Below the pieces are notes generated by a model. The model saw only the letters and a program-made list of their open reading frames with translations, made no database searches and was not told the origin of the DNA. The translations under genes were made by a program, and so were the position numbers. This document shows positions 57,050 through 64,000 of a stretch of DNA of 64,000 bases, in pieces. The DNA lies in contig CAWFAK010000008.1 of assembly GCA_963813715.1 (NCBI GenBank), positions 288,001 through 352,000 of the forward strand. Reading direction: 5' to 3'. This stretch comes from an uncultured Planctomycetaceae bacterium. GTDB lineage: Bacteria; Planctomycetota; Planctomycetia; Planctomycetales; Planctomycetaceae. How positions within the stretch are numbered: the stretch's first letter is position 1; the number at the start of each line of letters is the position of its first letter.

Positions 57050-58850
57050 ATCGCCACCAAGCTTTCGCCGCCGCCGCCGACCTCAAAACTGGTCGAAATG
57101 TCGTGGGACCCCATTACCCGCATCGTCGGGAGTTTGGGGATCTACACCAAGATCGATTTCGCCGCGCGCCGCGTGGCCGAGTGCTACAGCACCTCGTCCA
57201 TCTTTCGCGGCTACAGCGTGTTTATGAAGGGGAAGGACCCCCGGGACGCTCACTTCATCACGAGCCGCATCTGCGGCATCTGCGGCGATAACCACGCCAC
57301 CTGCGCCTGCTACGCCCAGAACATGGCCTTCGGCATCCAGCCGCCGCCGCTGGCCGAATGGATTATCAATCTCGGCGAAGCGGCCGAGTACATGTTCGAC
57401 CACAACCTCTACCAGGACAACCTGGTGGGAGTCGACTTCTGCGAGCAGATGGTCCGCCAGACGAATCCGTCGGTCCTGGCTCGGGCCGAGCGCACGCCCG
57501 CGCCCATGCCGGACTGCACGGCTACCGCACCATCGCCGACATCATGCGCTCGCTCAACCCGTTCGAGGGGGGCTTCTACCTCAAGTGCCTGGAGATGAGC
57601 CGGCTCACGCGGGAAATGTTTTGCCTGATGGAGGGACGCCACGTCCACCCGTCGACGCTTTATCCCGGCGGCGTCGGCACCGTGCCGAGCGTGCAGCTCT
57701 TCAACGACTACCTGGTGCGGCTGCTCAAATACGTCGAGTTCATGAAGCGCGTCGTTCCGCTGCACGACGACCTGTTCGACTTCTTTTACGAAGCGCTGCC
57801 CGGTTACGAAGAGGTCGGGCGACGCCGCATTCTGTTGGGTTGCTGGGGCTCGTTCAACGACCCCGAAGCCTGCACCTATAAATACGAGACGATGGCCGAC
57901 TGGGGCCGCAAGATGTACGTCACGCCCGGCGTCGTCGTCGACGGCAAGCTGGTGACGACCAGCCTGCTCGACATCAACCTGGGCCTGCGGATTTGTCTGG
58001 GCAGCTCGTTCTACGACGACTGGCAACACACCGAACCATTCGTCACGCATGATCCTCTGGGTAACCCGATCGACAAGCGGCATCCCTGGAACCAGACCAC
58101 CACGCCCCGGCCGCAGAAGCGCGACTTCAACGAGCGCTACACGTGGGTGATGTCCCCCCGCTGGCATGACTCGCGGACCGGCGAGAACCTGGCGCTCGAC
58201 ACGGGGGGCGGCCCGCTCGCCCGGCTTTGGACGACGGCCCTCGCGCAGCAGGTCGACATTGGCTACGTGAAGTCGACCGGCACGAGCGTGAAGATCTATC
58301 TGCCCAAAACGGTGAAGCTGCCCGAGGTCGAATTGGAATGGAAGATCCCCCGCTGGAGCAACACGCTCGAGCGGGACCGGGCGCGGACCTATTTTCAGGC
58401 GTACGCCGCGGCGGCTGCGCTTTATTTCTCGAGCGCGCTCTCGAGTGCCTGCACGCCGGCAAGCTGGAAACGTCCGTCGATTACAGTGTCCCCAGTGACG
58501 CGATCGGCTGCGGCTTCCACGAGGCGGTGCGGGGCGTTCTGTCCCATCACGTCGTGATTCGCGACGGCAAAATCGCCAACTATCACCCGTATCCGCCGAC
58601 CTGCTGGAACGCCAGTCCCCGCGATAGCGCCGGCATTCCCGGCCCCTACGAAGATGCGGTGCAGAACACACCGCTGTTCGAGGAGAACGACGCCGATCAC
58701 TTCAAGGGGATCGACATCTTGCGGACGGTTCGCAGTTTCGATCCCTGCCTGCCTTGCGGCGTTCACATGTATCTTGGCCCGGGGAAAGAGTTGGCCGTCC
58801 AACATAACCCCCGGTTCGGCGCACCACCCTTGTCCGATGCAGGCGGATAA
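57050..58850 (+). CDS. hhyL: Group 1h [NiFe]-hydrogenase large subunit (frameshifts near 57503 and 58428)
   Basis: LVEMSWDPITRIVGSLG, L1 TSRICGICGDNH, MEGRHVHPS, YTWVMSPRW, L2 RSFDPCLPCGVH. Confidence 0.93.
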
Positions 58851-58939
58851 GGGCTGAGACGGTCGCTGTGGTCGATCGCCGCCGCGATTTAAAAAAAACG
58901 GCGTTCAAGGATGGCCAGTTCCGCAGGAGCGATTTTCAG

Positions 58940-61631
<2,692 letters not shown>

Positions 61632-61661
61632 CAATCCGCGCGAACTGCGCCGGGCAGCCGG

Positions 61662-62815
61662 TCAGGCCAGCGCCCGCAGGCCGCGCGTCAATCGCTCGAG
61701 CCCGTCGCGAATCTCCGGTGCCGAGCCGCCGAAGCCAATGCGAAAGTGGTCCGTGCAGTCGGCGCCGAAGAAACGGCCCGGCGACACGAGCAGGCTGAAC
61801 TCGCTCTGCAAGCGTTCGGCCACGCGGTCGAACTCAAGTCGGCCTGTCCAGCGGGGAAAATAGAGGCAACCCGCCGGGGGCACGTCGCCCGCCAGCAGGT
61901 TCGCCTGCCGCAGTTCGTGTGTCCCGGCCGAGACCAGCGCCGGTTCGTCGCCAAGTGGGCGAGGCTCTCCTGCAAGAGCCCGTCGATTTGCTCAAACGCC
62001 ATGAGCGAGAGCGCTTCCAGGATTTTCGAGCCGATGCTCTCGAACTGGATCCAGTCGTTCAAAAGCTGCGGGTAGCGACCACGATCGGCGATCACCCAGC
62101 CGCAGCGCAGCGCGCCTAAGCCAAACGTTTTCGTGAGGCTGCTGACGGTGGCGATGCACGGATCGATGTCGGCCGCCGTGCGAAAGGGCTCCGCGCCGAG
62201 GCCGAGAAACGTCTCATCGATGATGATCGTGATGTGGGGCGCGACGGATTTGACCGCGAGGGCCAACTGGCCGACTTCGTCGCGCGTCAAAAAGCTGCCG
62301 GTTGGATTGTGGAGATTGGAGACGACGAGCGCCGTCGTCGTCGGCCGTACAGCCCGGCAAAAAGCTTCGGCGAGGTCTCCCGGCTTCCGCTCGAGCGGAA
62401 TCGGCACGGAGACGACGTTGGCGGCGTACCGCGCCGGCAGGATGGCCAGCGGCTGGTAGGTGGGCGATTCGACCAGCACTTCGAGCCCTGGTTTACCGGC
62501 GTAGAGCGAATCGCACAGCAGCCGATACGCGGCCGACGCGCCGGCTGCGAGATAAATCTCGCGGTCGTCCGGCACGCGATAGGTCCGGCGAATCGCGTCT
62601 TTCAGCGCGGGCAAGCCATACTCGTTGGTTGCGGTCATCCGCTCGAGCAGCGCCGGCAGCCGCTCCCGGCAGACGCGCTCGAACCACGTATCGACCGACG
62701 CCGTGTGGACTCCCGAAGTCGACAGGTTGGCGATGCGACCGCCGGCTCCCGCTTTGTCGAGCGACACTACGTGATGCTTGATCCAACCAACGAACGACTC
62801 GGGCAATTCCGGCAT
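61662..62815 (-). CDS. PLP-dependent class I/II aminotransferase (frameshifts near 61880-61935)
   Basis: SNLHNPTG, IIDETF, SSLTKTFGLGALRCGW, HFRIGFG. Confidence 0.87.
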
Positions 62816-62931
62816 CCGCTTCTCTCCGGGGCAACGATGCGGTGGTCGCGACTTGCGGCGCCTCGATTGGGCCGCGCGACCAGCTCGCAGAATGCTCACA
62901 CGCCACATGCCAGCTTAACCAAGCGGAGTGA

Positions 62932-64000
62932 CTATTTGCGCTTAGGCGGCGTGCGGCCGGTCTTCTTCTTCGCGGCCGGCGTTTTTCGCGCGGCGGACGT
63001 CTTCGGTGCGGCGGCTTTGCCGGTGGCCACCTTGGTGCCAGGAGCCGACGTGTCGGCCAGCTTCTTCTTGGCGGTGCCGGCGGCCGATTTGCCGCTGAGG
63101 CGTCTTGGCGTGCTCGCTCGGTCTTTTGGCCGTTGCTTGGCTTTTTTGCTCGGGCTGCCGCTCCGCGACGGCCGCGGACGGGACCACCGCGCGCGGCCTT
63201 TTCGGCGGCCCATTGGGCCACTTGTTCGAGGGTCACTTCCTCGAGGCCGGTCCCTTTGGGGATGGTGACGTTGATGTCGCCGTAACGGACAAACGGTCCG
63301 TAGCGTCCCTCGAAGATGGCGACCGGGCTGGCATCTTCCGGGTGTTTTCCCAGCTCACGAACGGGCGTGGCGCTGGCCCGCTTGCGGGCCTGTTTGAGCA
63401 TCTCGACTGCCGTCTCGAGGTCGACGTTCAGCACGTCGGACTTGCGGCCGTTGATGTCGAACGTGCCGTCCTTGCCGAACGACTTGAAGACCCCTTCGTG
63501 AACCACGTACGGGCCGAACCGGCCGATTCCCGCTTTCACCGGCTTGCCGCTCTCGGGATGGTTGCCCAAGGTGCGCGGCAGGGCGAGCAGCTTCATGGCC
63601 GTCTCGAGCGAGACAGTAGCCGGCTCGATGCTCTTGGGAATGCTGGCTCGGCGGGGCTTCGGGCCGTCCTCGATGACGTCGCCCAGTTGCAGATAGGGTC
63701 CGTAGGGACCGGCGAGCACATAGATCGGCTGACTCGTCTCGGGATCGAGGCCCAACGGCTCGGAGCCGCGCTGCTTTTCTTCGAGGAGCCGCGTGGCCAC
63801 GTCGGCCGAGATATCGGCCGGAGCGACGTCGTCCGGGATGGAAACGGTGAGCTTCTTGCCGTCGGTTTCCTGCTCGAAGAACGGGCCGAAACGTCCGACG
63901 CGGATCACCGGCACCAAGCCGTTAATCCGCAGCGAACAGGCTTCGCGTGGGTCGATCGATTCTTCCTTGGCCTTCACCTGCTCCACCAGTCCGTCGGAAC
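62932..64000 (-). CDS. topA: DNA topoisomerase I, C-terminal part (5' end outside window; frameshift near 63190)
   Basis: Topo C-terminal repeats (GRFGPF, GPYGPYLQ, LPRTLGNHP, GRFGPYV, GRYGPFV) and a Lys/Ala-rich tail. Confidence 0.9.

Noticed and set aside
55969..58850. Group 2b regulatory hydrogenase (HupUV/HoxBC)
   Set aside because: The motifs (GCDGDS, WDPITRIVGSLG, CGICGDNH, DPCLPCGVH plus a C-terminal tail) match group 1h.

Overview
GC-rich chromosomal window from a Planctomycetota bacterium, probably Planctomycetaceae-like. The evidence is DUF1501, PSCyt/DUF1549/DUF1553, DUF1559, YdjY and fhcA genes. Many genes are split by 1-bp indels, including essential ones (dnaX, topA, nadE), which points to an unpolished long-read assembly rather than real pseudogenes. 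Housekeeping content: nadE, lpxA, eda, mcsA-mcsB, trpE, rpoN, recR-ybaB-dnaX with SRP RNA, glgC, yhaM-rnr and topA. The most notable locus is at 55.8-61.6 kb. There a group 1h (high-affinity, actinobacterial-type) [NiFe]-hydrogenase pair is followed directly by a PAS-PAS-HisKA-HATPase-REC-Hpt hybrid kinase, with no adjacent maturation or accessory genes and a sigma-54-like site upstream. This suggests a possible trace-H2 sensing module. Other points of interest are a structured non-coding repeat array (about 3.0-3.7 kb) and a 1656-aa secreted protein with an N-terminal beta-barrel-like domain and a beta-helix passenger. All calls come from reading motifs by eye; no searches were run.
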